Positions 19,097 to 27,512 of a stretch of DNA of 32,000 bases are shown one piece after another (position 1 is the stretch's first letter; each line of letters starts with the position of its first letter). Source of the DNA: Candidatus Saccharimonas aalborgensis (GTDB lineage Bacteria; Patescibacteriota; Saccharimonadia; Saccharimonadales; Saccharimonadaceae). A model generated the notes under the pieces. The model made no database searches and had not been told where the DNA came from. It worked only from the letters and a program-made list of their open reading frames with translations. Location of the stretch: contig NC_021219.1 of NCBI RefSeq assembly GCF_000392435.1, positions 360,001 to 392,000 of the forward strand. The letters run 5' to 3'. Made by a program: the position numbers and the translations under genes.

Positions 19097-19107
19097 CTCA
19101 TAAGCCT
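19097..19107. repeat. att core, right copy (attR)
   Basis: CTCATAAGCCT, identical to 14546-14556. Confidence 0.85.
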
Positions 19108-19141
19108 AAGGTCACTAGTTCGATCCTAGTCAGTGCTACCA
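19097..19141 (+). pseudogene. 3' half of the disrupted elongator tRNA-Met(CAT) gene
   Basis: CTCATAA-GCCTA-AGGTC-ACTAG-TTCGATC-CTAGT-CAGTGCT-A-CCA. CAGTGCT pairs with GGCACTG at 14514-14520. Confidence 0.9.
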
Positions 19142-19181
19142 CAGAAAAACGACCACACTCAGGTGGTCGTTTTTCTGTGGT
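19138..19181. terminator. Bidirectional-looking intrinsic terminator with 19-bp perfect stem
   Basis: ACCACAGAAAAACGACCAC-ACTCAG-GTGGTCGTTTTTCTGTGGT. Confidence 0.85.
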
Positions 19182-19199
19182 AGGGCGGTAGGTCCTAGT

Positions 19200-19598
19200 T
19201 TAGCTACTTACTGGCTTACTTATAGTAAAGAGTTTTGCAATACCCCAGGCGATCAATGCATAGACGACCATTGCTACCAAACTTGCGCTATCAAGCGCAT
19301 GCGACCCGTCAGCAGGGGTCAGGAATATACCCGTGAAGGGTGCTGAGAACACTCCAGAGAGTGCATACACAAATCCGACGAAACTTGATGATTGGCTCGC
19401 GCCAAGCAAAAAGAAGAGCACTCTGAGTGCCAAAAGTACAATGATAAATCCGGCGATATACCACATGACACGAGACATAACCACCGAGCTACTGGTTGTG
19501 GTTGAAGTTGCAACTGTTTGACGTTGGACAGAGGTGGCACCATCACGCACATTTGTCTCTCGAACTTCGGTTGTTTGTTGCTGATCATCTTGTAACAT
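19200..19598 (-). CDS. YggT-like membrane protein
   Basis: VMWYIAGFIIVLLALRVLFFLLGA and FVGFVYALSGVFSAPFTGIF. Confidence 0.65.
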   Translation of the reverse strand: MLQDDQQQTTEVRETNVRDGATSVQRQTVATSTTTSSSVVMSRVMWYIAGFIIVLLALRVLFFLLGASQSSSFVGFVYALSGVFSAPFTGIFLTPADGSHALDSASLVAMVVYALIAWGIAKLFTISKPVSS

Positions 19599-19682
19599 AC
19601 TGTTCTCTCCGTTTACACGTTTCTTGTTTCAGTATGCGAGATACGACAGGATAGCCGGTATGATAATTTTCACGATTTCGCT

Positions 19683-19826
19683 TTATTCCAAAACGATGTC
19701 GGCTAGTCGCTCGTCATGATGCGACTCCACAAATGTCCGCAGCTCCTCGCTGCTCCGCTGACGGCTCCAAGTGGCAAGGCCAAAGACGTCGCCTGTGCCG
19801 ACAGATTCTTGATCGATTGTGTTCAT
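19683..19826 (-). CDS. Candidate 47-aa small ORF
   Basis: MNTIDQESVGTGDVFGLATWSRQRSSEELRTFVESHHDERLADIVLE*. Shorter than the supplied ORF cutoff; weak evidence. Confidence 0.35.
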   Translation of the reverse strand: MNTIDQESVGTGDVFGLATWSRQRSSEELRTFVESHHDERLADIVLE

Positions 19827-19979
19827 GGTGTTTGTTGCGCCTTTTTGTTATGTGTTGTCTTATAGGTTTAATATAGCACAAAATTAACAAAAAAGCAATA
19901 GCATTTTGCTGATTTTTTGACCTCATTGACACGCTTATGGTATAAATGGTCTTGAGAGGAATCTTATTTATACACAAAC

Positions 19980-20702
19980 ATGGATACTTACACTTCATTC
20001 GCCATCATAGCGCTCGCGGCGTTGATTCACGCAAGTTTCCAACTAAGCGTTAGTATGCTTACACTACTAGGTGGTCACAGTCTCAGTCGCAACGTATCAC
20101 GGCGGCGTCTCCTGCATCTCAGTAGTAGCTTTGTCGTGGGTACTCTGGTCATGACAACGTTACTGCTAATTATGGCAAGCTATGTCTCGGGTACCTTCGC
20201 AAGACACGGCATGTCACCTTTTGCCTGGTCAATCGTGTCTGGACTAATGATGGGGCTTGGCGTCGCAGTATGGCTATTTTATTATCGACCCGGGCAAGGC
20301 ACTGCGCTTTGGATTCCAAGAGGAATGTCGCGTTTTTTGTCCGATCGTACAAAAACAACGACTTCGGGAACAGAAGCATTTAGTCTGGGGCTGGTGAGTG
20401 GTATTTCTGAGCTCGTCTTTATAGCGGCGTCCCTCGTAGGAGCAGCGTTCGCTATCATTACACTCCCTAGCTCGTTCCAGCTACTGGGCGTTGCGCTGTA
20501 TGTTCTCATCAGTATTGCTCCCCTTGTGACAGTCTACTCATTGATTAGCAGTGGCACTCAGATAAGCCGTATTCAGCGCTGGCGCGAATCAAATAAACAG
20601 TTTTTGCAATATGCCGCCGGAAGTGGACTACTCATACTAGGGTTCTTTACCTTCGTCAACGAAGCGATCGCGGCGAGCGTCATCCTGCGGGGAGGGTTAT
20701 GA
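19980..20702 (+). CDS. Polytopic membrane protein, unknown function
   Basis: About six hydrophobic segments. It overlaps the next ORF by 4 bp. Confidence 0.75.
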   Translation: MDTYTSFAIIALAALIHASFQLSVSMLTLLGGHSLSRNVSRRRLLHLSSSFVVGTLVMTTLLLIMASYVSGTFARHGMSPFAWSIVSGLMMGLGVAVWLFYYRPGQGTALWIPRGMSRFLSDRTKTTTSGTEAFSLGLVSGISELVFIAASLVGAAFAIITLPSSFQLLGVALYVLISIAPLVTVYSLISSGTQISRIQRWRESNKQFLQYAAGSGLLILGFFTFVNEAIAASVILRGGL

Positions 20703-20989
20703 TGGTAGTAGTGACGGATGTTATAAAACAGTACCATCGCCGCCGCTCTTCGCAACCGTATGACCCAGAGAAACTAGCTGCAAGTATTTATGCTACCTGC
20801 CTCAGCCTCCATACGCCCGCGAGACAGGCCGAGCTAACTGCCAAACAGGTAAGTGACAACGTCTCGCTATGGCTTCAGGACAAGGCAGAAGTGACCAGCG
20901 AAGACCTTCGCCAGCGGGCGGCAAGCGCATTAAACGCACTGCATCCTGAAGCAGCATATTTATATCGACACCATAACGTTATCATGTAG
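20699..20989 (+). CDS. Stand-alone ATP-cone domain protein
   Basis: VIKQYHRRRSSQPYDPEKLAASIYATCLSL...LTAKQVSDNVSLWL...VTSEDLRQRAASALNALHPEAAYLYRHHNVIM resembles the ATP-cone of NrdR and ribonucleotide reductases. Confidence 0.75.
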   Translation: MMVVVTDVIKQYHRRRSSQPYDPEKLAASIYATCLSLHTPARQAELTAKQVSDNVSLWLQDKAEVTSEDLRQRAASALNALHPEAAYLYRHHNVIM

Positions 20990-21003
20990 AGGAGAGCACC
21001 GTG

Positions 21004-22380
21004 CCACGAAAATCACAGTTTGACTACGATCTCATTGTCATCGGCAGCGGCGCAGCGGGAAGCGCTGCAGCAACCATTGCCTCACGCGAGGGGAAACGGG
21101 TCGCAATCATCGAGGCCGATACGCTCGGTGGTGACTCGCCCAACTGGAGTGACGTCCCCATAAAAGCGCTGCTCCATGCTGCACAGCTCTATGATGAAGC
21201 CCGCCATGGAGCCCGCTTTGGTCTGCGATCTGCTACGCTCGGATACAATTACCCGTCACTTCGCGCCTGGAAAGAGCTCGCAGTAAAACGCACAGGCGCT
21301 AGTGGCAATCGAAAATTTTATGAATCTCAAGGCATTGACGTTTATCTCGGTGTAGCTCGTTTCCTTACCCCCAATGAGGTGTCAGTTAATCGCAAACATC
21401 TTTCGTCTGCGCATTTTTTGATTGCCACCGGTTCGCAGTGGACTCTGCCGGATATACAAGGCCTCCCCGAGGCGGGCTACCTAACACCACGAACCATTCT
21501 GGAATCACTTCGCCCGCCCAAAAGCCTCTATATCGTTGGCGCCGGTACAGTTGGTGTAGAAATCGCTCAGTTGATGGCGACATTTGGTACAAAAGTCTAC
21601 TTAGCAGAGGTTGCAAGCCGAATCCTACCAGATGAAGACGAAGAGGTAGGGGAGTTGATGTCGCGCTTACTAGAAGAACAAAAAGGTGTTACTTCCCTCA
21701 CCCACACTCGCACTCTTTCCGTGGTAAAAGACGGTCTTGGAAAGCGGGTCGTGTACTCGCGTGGTGGCATCGAAAAATCAGTTCGTGTCGATGAAGTTCT
21801 CGTGGCAGTCGGTCGTACTCCAGTCGTCGATATAGGTCTCGAGAATGCACACGTCGAATATACCGCCAAAGGTATAGAGGTGAATGAGTTCTTGCAGACG
21901 ACAGCCAAACATATTTACGCAGCGGGCGACGTGCTCGGGTATAACCGTCCGACACACAGCGCACTTCTCGAAAGTCGTGTCGTAGCACACAACGTTGTGT
22001 TAAAAAACAAGATTTCCCCTGACTATACTGCAACTCCCCGACTCACTTTTTCCTATCCAGGTGTTGCATCTGTCGGTCTTACCGAGGATGACTGTCTGAG
22101 ACGAGATCTCCGAATCGAAAAAACAATCGCTCCACTCACTATCGTCGCCCGGAGCAATACTAGTGACTTTCGTGATGGGTTCGTCAAAGTTATCACTGAC
22201 AAGCGCGGAGTGGTGCTTGGCGGAACTGTGGTTGCGCCGCACGCAGCAGAGATCATCCACGAGCTCACGCTGGCCGTCAAATATGAATTAACTGCTCACC
22301 AAGTTGCCGATACCCCGCACGCATTCTTGAGTTGGAGCGAAGCAGTGCGAGTCGCCTGCGGAAAGTTAGCAAAAAACTAA
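21004..22380 (+). CDS. FAD/NAD-dependent pyridine nucleotide-disulfide oxidoreductase homolog lacking active-site cysteines
   Basis: DLIVIGSGAAGSAAATIASREGKRVAIIEADTLGGDSPNWSDVPIKALLHAA, YIVGAGTVGVEIAQLMATFGTKV and HIYAAGDV. Start is within a codon or two of the track start at 21001. Confidence 0.9.
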   Translation, partial: PRKSQFDYDLIVIGSGAAGSAAATIASREGKRVAIIEADTLGGDSPNWSDVPIKALLHAAQLYDEARHGARFGLRSATLGYNYPSLRAWKELAVKRTGASGNRKFYESQGIDVYLGVARFLTPNEVSVNRKHLSSAHFLIATGSQWTLPDIQGLPEAGYLTPRTILESLRPPKSLYIVGAGTVGVEIAQLMATFGTKVYLAEVASRILPDEDEEVGELMSRLLEEQKGVTSLTHTRTLSVVKDGLGKRVVYSRGGIEKSVRVDEVLVAVGRTPVVDIGLENAHVEYTAKGIEVNEFLQTTAKHIYAAGDVLGYNRPTHSALLESRVVAHNVVLKNKISPDYTATPRLTFSYPGVASVGLTEDDCLRRDLRIEKTIAPLTIVARSNTSDFRDGFVKVITDKRGVVLGGTVVAPHAAEIIHELTLAVKYELTAHQVADTPHAFLSWSEAVRVACGKLAKN

Positions 22381-22409
22381 CTTTATCATACCAATACGTA
22401 TTCTCATAA

Positions 22410-22438
22410 GGAAAACTCGTTAACAAACGAGTTTTTCC
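22410..22438 (+). terminator. Intrinsic terminator after the flavoprotein gene
   Basis: GGAAAACTCGTT-AACA-AACGAGTTTTTCC. Confidence 0.75.
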
Positions 22439-22439
22439 C

Positions 22440-22458
22440 TGGTTGCGGGGGCAGGATT
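22440..22458 (-). pseudogene. Truncated copy of the initiator tRNA 3' end
   Basis: TGGTTGCGGGGGCAGGATT is identical to the 3'-terminal 19 nt, including CCA, of the tRNA at 22634-22711. Confidence 0.7.
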
Positions 22459-22632
22459 ATCGGCTAAAGCCTCTTCCGCTTGCTTATTCTGGCAGAATCA
22501 AGCTCTTCTATAATTGCACTGCGCTACACGAAGCAGCGACTACGCACGCTTTGCGTGCTGTCACAGAACCAAATCCCGTCGCCGCAAGGCCTAAAGAAAA
22601 ATACCCTACCCATGAGGGGTACGGCATTTTTC

Positions 22633-22711
<79 letters not shown>

Positions 22712-22739
22712 GCACATTCATCATCCTAACAGATGTAGC

Positions 22740-23180
22740 CTAGTTTTGCAAGCGAGCAGCTGAGCCGCCGAACAGGAATAGCATCCATTGCTCAAAATTT
22801 GTGAGTGTGCGAGTAGTAGCTGTTGGTGATTTCTCGGTAATGTTTGTTGCCTTCGCGGCAGCACTGTTGGGCGGCAATAGTAGTACCTTTTCTCCGGGCG
22901 CAGCCAAGCCTAGCCGTTCGCGAGCAGCTAGCTCCTTGTATTCATCACTTGCGTAGTAGTTTTTTTGGAGCTGCATAGTATCGACTTCAAGCTGGGTCAA
23001 TGCAAGTTTGCGCTCACGGGCATCAACTTCTTTCTGCAGGGCATAGTTACGTTGCATCGTCGTAATAGAACCCCACACCCAACCCGACACAACAATTGCC
23101 CCAATCAGTATCACAACGGTATTGAGCGTCGTATAACGCTTCAATCGATATATAACCTTTCTGAGTGTTTGGTCTGTCAT
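22740..23180 (-). CDS. FtsB/DivIC-like septum formation initiator protein
   Basis: TM plus coiled coil: TLNTVVILIGAIVVSGWVW...ALQKEVDARERKLALTQLEVDTMQLQKNYYASDEYKELAARERLGLAAPGEKVLLLP. Confidence 0.7.
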   Translation of the reverse strand: MTDQTLRKVIYRLKRYTTLNTVVILIGAIVVSGWVWGSITTMQRNYALQKEVDARERKLALTQLEVDTMQLQKNYYASDEYKELAARERLGLAAPGEKVLLLPPNSAAAKATNITEKSPTATTRTLTNFEQWMLFLFGGSAARLQN

Positions 23181-23241
23181 CTTACTGTTCGTATTATATC
23201 CTAGCGGCGAGCAAGTGCGCTATAATGGACAGTATAGCCTC

Positions 23242-23317
23242 GGGGGTGTAGCTCAGGGGTTAGAGCAGCGGGCTCATAACCTGTTGGTCGATGGTTCGAT
23301 CCCATCCACCCCCACCA
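23242..23317 (+). tRNA. tRNA(CAT), probably tRNA-Ile2
   Basis: GGGGGTG-TA-GCTC-AGGGGTTA-GAGC-A-GCGGG-CTCATAA-CCTGT-TGGTC-GATGG-TTCGATC-CCATC-CACCCCC-A-CCA. Confidence 0.93.
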
Positions 23318-23369
23318 ATCAAAAAACACCATGCTTTTTGGCTGGTGTTTTTTGAGAGAAACATTATGG

Positions 23370-23945
23370 CTATTTTTGACGAACATCTGCACGTTGTGCC
23401 GAGATCTCATCTTTGCCTGTTTTTTGCTGAAGTGCCAGAAGTGTATGAAAGTTATTGCGCTGAGGCTTTTTATCTGGCCCATTGAACTGCCGTTTCATTG
23501 CAATGCGCGTCGGCGCCGATTCTGCACGAAGATCACGGGCTGTCAGTGTACCATTGGCAACAAGATAGTGTAAACCAGCTGCACGCGCAATATGCTCATC
23601 GGCTAATTGCGTGTGTACTAAGGCATTTTCAGCCGTCTGTGCTGGATACGGCGCCTTCCCTCCCCTGAGCCTTCCATCACGCATATGTGCTTGCGAAAGA
23701 TGAGATAACGCCCTATCAAGATGATAGGCTCGCTCAGCATGAGTCACAAATTCCTCACTTGGCACTGTGTCAATAAAACCCAGTGCTACTCCTTGTATTC
23801 CGAGACATTCTCGAGTTTCTGCGGAAAGAGCAAGCTCTCCCCCGTACGGTATACGAAGCGAGTCAGGAGTTGCGGTAGTATTCTTTTTGTCTGTGCGTAA
23901 ACGATTCACATAGAGAAATATAGCATAAACTTTATTATATGTCAA
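23370..23945 (-). CDS. Uncharacterised 191-aa protein
   Basis: Long ORF between the tRNA and the DprA-like gene; no family recognised. Confidence 0.6.
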   Translation of the reverse strand: MTYNKVYAIFLYVNRLRTDKKNTTATPDSLRIPYGGELALSAETRECLGIQGVALGFIDTVPSEEFVTHAERAYHLDRALSHLSQAHMRDGRLRGGKAPYPAQTAENALVHTQLADEHIARAAGLHYLVANGTLTARDLRAESAPTRIAMKRQFNGPDKKPQRNNFHTLLALQQKTGKDEISAQRADVRQK

Positions 23946-23954
23946 TATATGTTT

Positions 23955-24452
23955 CTAATATTCAAATACTCGGACCGATATCCCTTTTTGTCGAGCGCGT
24001 TCGATCGAATAGGTAGTGCCCCTACTCTGCCCTAGCCGAAACGCGACGAGTTCATCGGCGCAGGAGACGATACGTCGATTTCGCGCATGAAAGGCTCTTG
24101 CATCTATCGTCTCGATATCCCCTGAGTAGAAGAGTGTGTCCAGAGTGTTGCTTGCGAGGCTATGCAACTGCCGTATGGTCTCCTCGGCATCATCGCTTTT
24201 ACATTTTCCCTCAAGCGCTCGCCGACGTAATTCGTCGCTGTATTTTTCAACAGAGCCAGGGAGAAATAGCTTTACACGGCTAATATCAATTCCTGCTTCC
24301 AGAGCCATCCGTACTGCATAGGTGTCAGTGCCAGTACCACCCCCCGATACGATACCATACCCATCGGCTACCTTCTGAGTCACATAACGCTTGATATCAC
24401 GACGCATCTCTGGCGTTACATAGCGAGAACCGACAACGGCCAGCCACTTCAT
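23955..24452 (-). CDS. DprA/SLOG-like Rossmann-fold protein
   Basis: MKWLAVVGSRYVTPEM...DGYGIVSGGGTGTDTYAVRMALEAGI...RNRRIVSCADELVAFRLGQSRGTTYSIERARQKG. Confidence 0.75.
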   Translation of the reverse strand: MKWLAVVGSRYVTPEMRRDIKRYVTQKVADGYGIVSGGGTGTDTYAVRMALEAGIDISRVKLFLPGSVEKYSDELRRRALEGKCKSDDAEETIRQLHSLASNTLDTLFYSGDIETIDARAFHARNRRIVSCADELVAFRLGQSRGTTYSIERARQKGISVRVFEY

Positions 24453-24458
24453 TTCGTC

Positions 24459-25562
24459 TTATTCCCAGGTGAAAAATTTGATCGCGATGATGTAAGCGAT
24501 AAACATCCACGCGGCAATGAGACCGATCTCGGGCAAGAGACTTATTAGGCTTGCATTCTCGGTCATAATACGACGGAAGCCATCGATAACCGGTGTAAGC
24601 GGTACGTAGCTCGATACACCCTGAAGCCATTCGGGATACATGAAACGGGGGAAGAAGCTGCCCGAGAGAAACATCATCGGAAATGAAATGAGGTTAGCAA
24701 GCGGTGCCGCTTGGTCTTCATTTTTTGCAAGCGAGCCAATAAGCAAGCCAAAGCCGACTGTCATCGCGCCCGATAACAGTGCAAATAGCCAGAAACTCAT
24801 CCAGTCACCGCGCATATTGAACTTAAATACGAGAAGTCCCATGATAATGACGGTTGCTAAGCTAAGCATGGCAATCAAGATAAAGTGAATCGCGTTAGCA
24901 AGAATCAATTGTCCGGAGGTAAAGGGTGCGGCAAAGAGTCGTTTATATGAACCTCGCTGCTTTTGCTGAGGCATAGCATTTGCCAGGCCAAAAATACCCA
25001 TACTCATCAGGCTAAAGCCAAGCAAGCCCGAAAAAGTATAGTCAAAATTGTTGAGGCCGGCCGTGTCTGTTGCCTTTTCGCTCACCTTAAGCGCGGCATC
25101 TGGCCTGCCAAGTTTGCGGTTTATCTCATCAAGGATTTGCTGCATCACCGCACTAACTGTCTTGCCTGATTGGTCAGAACCTTTTTGATAGTAGACGTTC
25201 ATGGTGCCCGAGGGAACGCGAGCTTCATTTATCGCCCCGAAGCTCTCGGGGAGCTCAACGATACTATCAATTTCTCCACGACTCATTTTTTGCTTGGCGC
25301 TTTCGATGGTTGTTATATCTTTGTTTACTTTAAACGCACTGTTCTCGCCTACTGATGTTGTAAACTCCTTTGAGAAACTATTGTTCGCATGGTCGAGAAT
25401 CGCAATGCGAAAACTAACAGAGTCATTGTTAAAAATCACACCAAATATAAACAGAAATATGAGTGGGAAAAGAAAGGTGAAGAAGAGTGAGACTTTATCA
25501 CGCATAAACCGCTTCTGAAATGCAACAAAGAGACCAAAGACAGCTTGCATATATCGTTTCAT
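24459..25562 (-). CDS. ABC-2 type transporter permease
   Basis: KVSLFFTFLFPLIFLFIFGVIFNN, FLSGSFFPRFMYPEWLQGVSSYVPLTPVIDGFRRIM. Confidence 0.92.
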   Translation of the reverse strand: MKRYMQAVFGLFVAFQKRFMRDKVSLFFTFLFPLIFLFIFGVIFNNDSVSFRIAILDHANNSFSKEFTTSVGENSAFKVNKDITTIESAKQKMSRGEIDSIVELPESFGAINEARVPSGTMNVYYQKGSDQSGKTVSAVMQQILDEINRKLGRPDAALKVSEKATDTAGLNNFDYTFSGLLGFSLMSMGIFGLANAMPQQKQRGSYKRLFAAPFTSGQLILANAIHFILIAMLSLATVIIMGLLVFKFNMRGDWMSFWLFALLSGAMTVGFGLLIGSLAKNEDQAAPLANLISFPMMFLSGSFFPRFMYPEWLQGVSSYVPLTPVIDGFRRIMTENASLISLLPEIGLIAAWMFIAYIIAIKFFTWE

Positions 25563-25563
25563 G

Positions 25564-26319
25564 TTATTCCCGTATATCCTTTCCAGTGAGATCGATAAAG
25601 ACGTCTTCGAGATTTGCCTGCTGGACAATCTGTTCCTTCTTAAAACCACGTCCCAGAAGTTTCTTAATCAAACCCTTTGGGGTATCTATCGTTATGATGT
25701 TACCCTCATCCATAATGGCAATACGATCACACAGAAGCTCTGCCTCATCCATATAGTGCGTCGTTAGTACCACGGTAATACCCCTACCCTTAATTGATTC
25801 GACCAGCTCCCAGAGATTTCGCCTTGCTTGCGGATCGAGGCCAGTCGTTGGCTCGTCAAGAAAGAGAACTTTTGGTTCATTCACAAGTGCAGCTGCGATA
25901 CTAAACCGCTGCTTTTGACCACCTGAGAGATTCTCGACGTACTCCTTTGCCTTATCGGTGAGCTGTACATCAGCAAGCAAAGCATCAACATCGGTGGTGA
26001 CCCCATAGAGGCCACAAAACATCTTGAGTTGTTCTCGTAATGTCAGTTTGTCAAAGAAACTTGTCGACTGTAGCTGGATGCCTATGATTTCCTTAACCTC
26101 GTCAGGATGTGCCGACACATCGATGTCGGCGACCGTTATGTTGCCACTATCAATTTCTCTCAATGCTTCGATCATCTCGAGAGTAGTTGTCTTACCGGCA
26201 CCGTTCGGGCCAAGTATGCCAAATATCTCTCCTTTTTTGACGTCAAAACTGATGGCGTTGACGACTGTCTTGTCCCCATACCGCTTGGTTAAGTTGTTCA
26301 CTGAAATAATATGATTCAT
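25564..26319 (-). CDS. ABC transporter ATPase
   Basis: GILGPNGAGKTTTLEMIE, ENLSGGQKQRFSIAAAL and KVLFLDEPTTGLD. Start at MNHIISVNNLTKRYG. Confidence 0.97.
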   Translation of the reverse strand: MNHIISVNNLTKRYGDKTVVNAISFDVKKGEIFGILGPNGAGKTTTLEMIEALREIDSGNITVADIDVSAHPDEVKEIIGIQLQSTSFFDKLTLREQLKMFCGLYGVTTDVDALLADVQLTDKAKEYVENLSGGQKQRFSIAAALVNEPKVLFLDEPTTGLDPQARRNLWELVESIKGRGITVVLTTHYMDEAELLCDRIAIMDEGNIITIDTPKGLIKKLLGRGFKKEQIVQQANLEDVFIDLTGKDIRE

Positions 26320-26346
26320 TTTCTCAGTATAGCAGTAAGAGACACA

Positions 26347-26404
26347 AAAATACCTCGGTAGCGCATCCGACACGGAGAGCAACCGAGGTATTTTGGCACC
26401 TGTT
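26347..26404. terminator. Inverted repeat with A/T tails, possible terminator or attenuator
   Basis: AAAATACCTCGGT (26347-26359) / ACCGAGGTATTTT (26392-26404), 32-nt loop. Confidence 0.5.
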
Positions 26405-26530
26405 TGTTTGTAACTCTAGTATATGGTGTTCATATAAAAAGCGCAAGCAATTTTATCCATGGATCTTTTCCACAGCAAACCCCCGATCATCGATAGACCG
26501 GGGGCAAGTTATTCTTTTCTAGGATTGAGA

Positions 26531-26737
26531 CTATTTCTTCTTTGAAACAGTCAAGAAACCATTGCGTGGGTTCTCTTTAACAACGCGATCTGCGGGCAGA
26601 TCAACTGGAGTACCTTTTGCATTTTTCTCTACCTTCGCAAAGAAGTAGATGGTTTGTGGTTTACCACCGCGAAGAGTAACTTCCGTCTTGTGCAGGTAGT
26701 ATGTTACGCCCTTTGAATTCGTGTGCTTGTAAGCCAT
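26531..26737 (-). CDS. Small conserved-looking protein, 68 aa
   Basis: MAYKHTNSKGVTYYLHKTEVTLRGGKPQTIYFFAKVEKNAKGTPVDLPADRVVKENPRNGFLTVSKKK. A GC-rich hairpin (about 26479-26504) lies downstream. Confidence 0.75.
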   Translation of the reverse strand: MAYKHTNSKGVTYYLHKTEVTLRGGKPQTIYFFAKVEKNAKGTPVDLPADRVVKENPRNGFLTVSKKK

Positions 26738-26830
26738 GTAGTTATACCTCCTATTAGCGTCTTACTCTAGTAGCTTAGCGCGTCTCGCCAACAGTGTCAA
26801 CACTTTTCACCCCTATTAGGGATGGATCGT

Positions 26831-27457
26831 TTATGCTTCCCTGTACCGTCTCTTGAGGAGAAGTCGTAGAAATATGATACCAGCTAATCTGAGTACAATC
26901 ACAATCAAGAGAGTAACTGCAAGCACTAGTGACCAACCGCCAAAATCGGGCGACCAAAGGGGAGACGAAAAATTGTACTTATACAGTGTAGGATTTGGCA
27001 ACGATACTTCTGGCAAGCCTGAGCTTGCAGGATGTTTGGCAAGTTCATTCATAAAACACTGCATATAGGCCGATGAATACCCGTGAAACTGCGGATGGCA
27101 CACCGCCTCTGCCTCAGCGTTGATCGTAGCACTTGCCGATGAAGCACGGGAGGCGGCATCGATGGCGGCTTTTGAGTCACGAGAGTACTGTTCTTGCAGA
27201 TAAAAATCACCCGTATCAGCGTTCATATGAGACGCTGCATATCGCTGTAAATCGTAAATCCGTGCTCTTATCTCGTTTGGATCACCAGTCCTGTCGGCAG
27301 CGAATACTGCCTCTCGCCGTTGAATCATGCCGACATTATTGAGTCTCAAGAATGACGCGACAAGGAATACAAATAAAAAGAGTGCGATGGCTAACTGCCA
27401 TGTTTTTATCATCTGTAGCTGTTTGACAGTCTTTCTGACTTGACGTGTATCAGACAT
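26831..27457 (-). CDS. Membrane protein, unknown function
   Basis: TM segments LAIALFLFVFLVASFLRL and WSLVLAVTLLIVIVLRLAGIIFLRLLL. Confidence 0.7.
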   Translation of the reverse strand: MSDTRQVRKTVKQLQMIKTWQLAIALFLFVFLVASFLRLNNVGMIQRREAVFAADRTGDPNEIRARIYDLQRYAASHMNADTGDFYLQEQYSRDSKAAIDAASRASSASATINAEAEAVCHPQFHGYSSAYMQCFMNELAKHPASSGLPEVSLPNPTLYKYNFSSPLWSPDFGGWSLVLAVTLLIVIVLRLAGIIFLRLLLKRRYREA

Positions 27458-27512
27458 GTAATTTTCCCACCTTGCACAGTATGCTCTCAGTATACCATGC
27501 GTCTAGACGATC

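Larger units (their letters stand above)
14557..19107. mobile_element. Compact tyrosine-recombinase integrative element (4,551 bp including one core copy) inserted in the tRNA-Met anticodon loop
   Basis: Split tRNA halves at both ends, 11-bp direct repeat, integrase adjacent to attL, AlpA-like HTH, arm-type repeats near both ends, and its own complete tRNA-Met. Confidence 0.92.

Noticed and set aside
14557-19107. Prophage or conjugative element
   Set aside because: No terminase, capsid, portal, relaxase or type IV secretion gene fits in 4.5 kb. It may be a satellite, but there is no direct evidence.
19714-19998. 94-aa minus-strand ORF from the track
   Set aside because: Its composition is unlike the neighbouring genes. 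The 47-aa ORF in another frame has a somewhat better start context, and neither is well supported.
21386-22280. Minus-strand ORFs opposite the flavoprotein gene
   Set aside because: Antisense shadow ORFs without a start context or recognisable domain.
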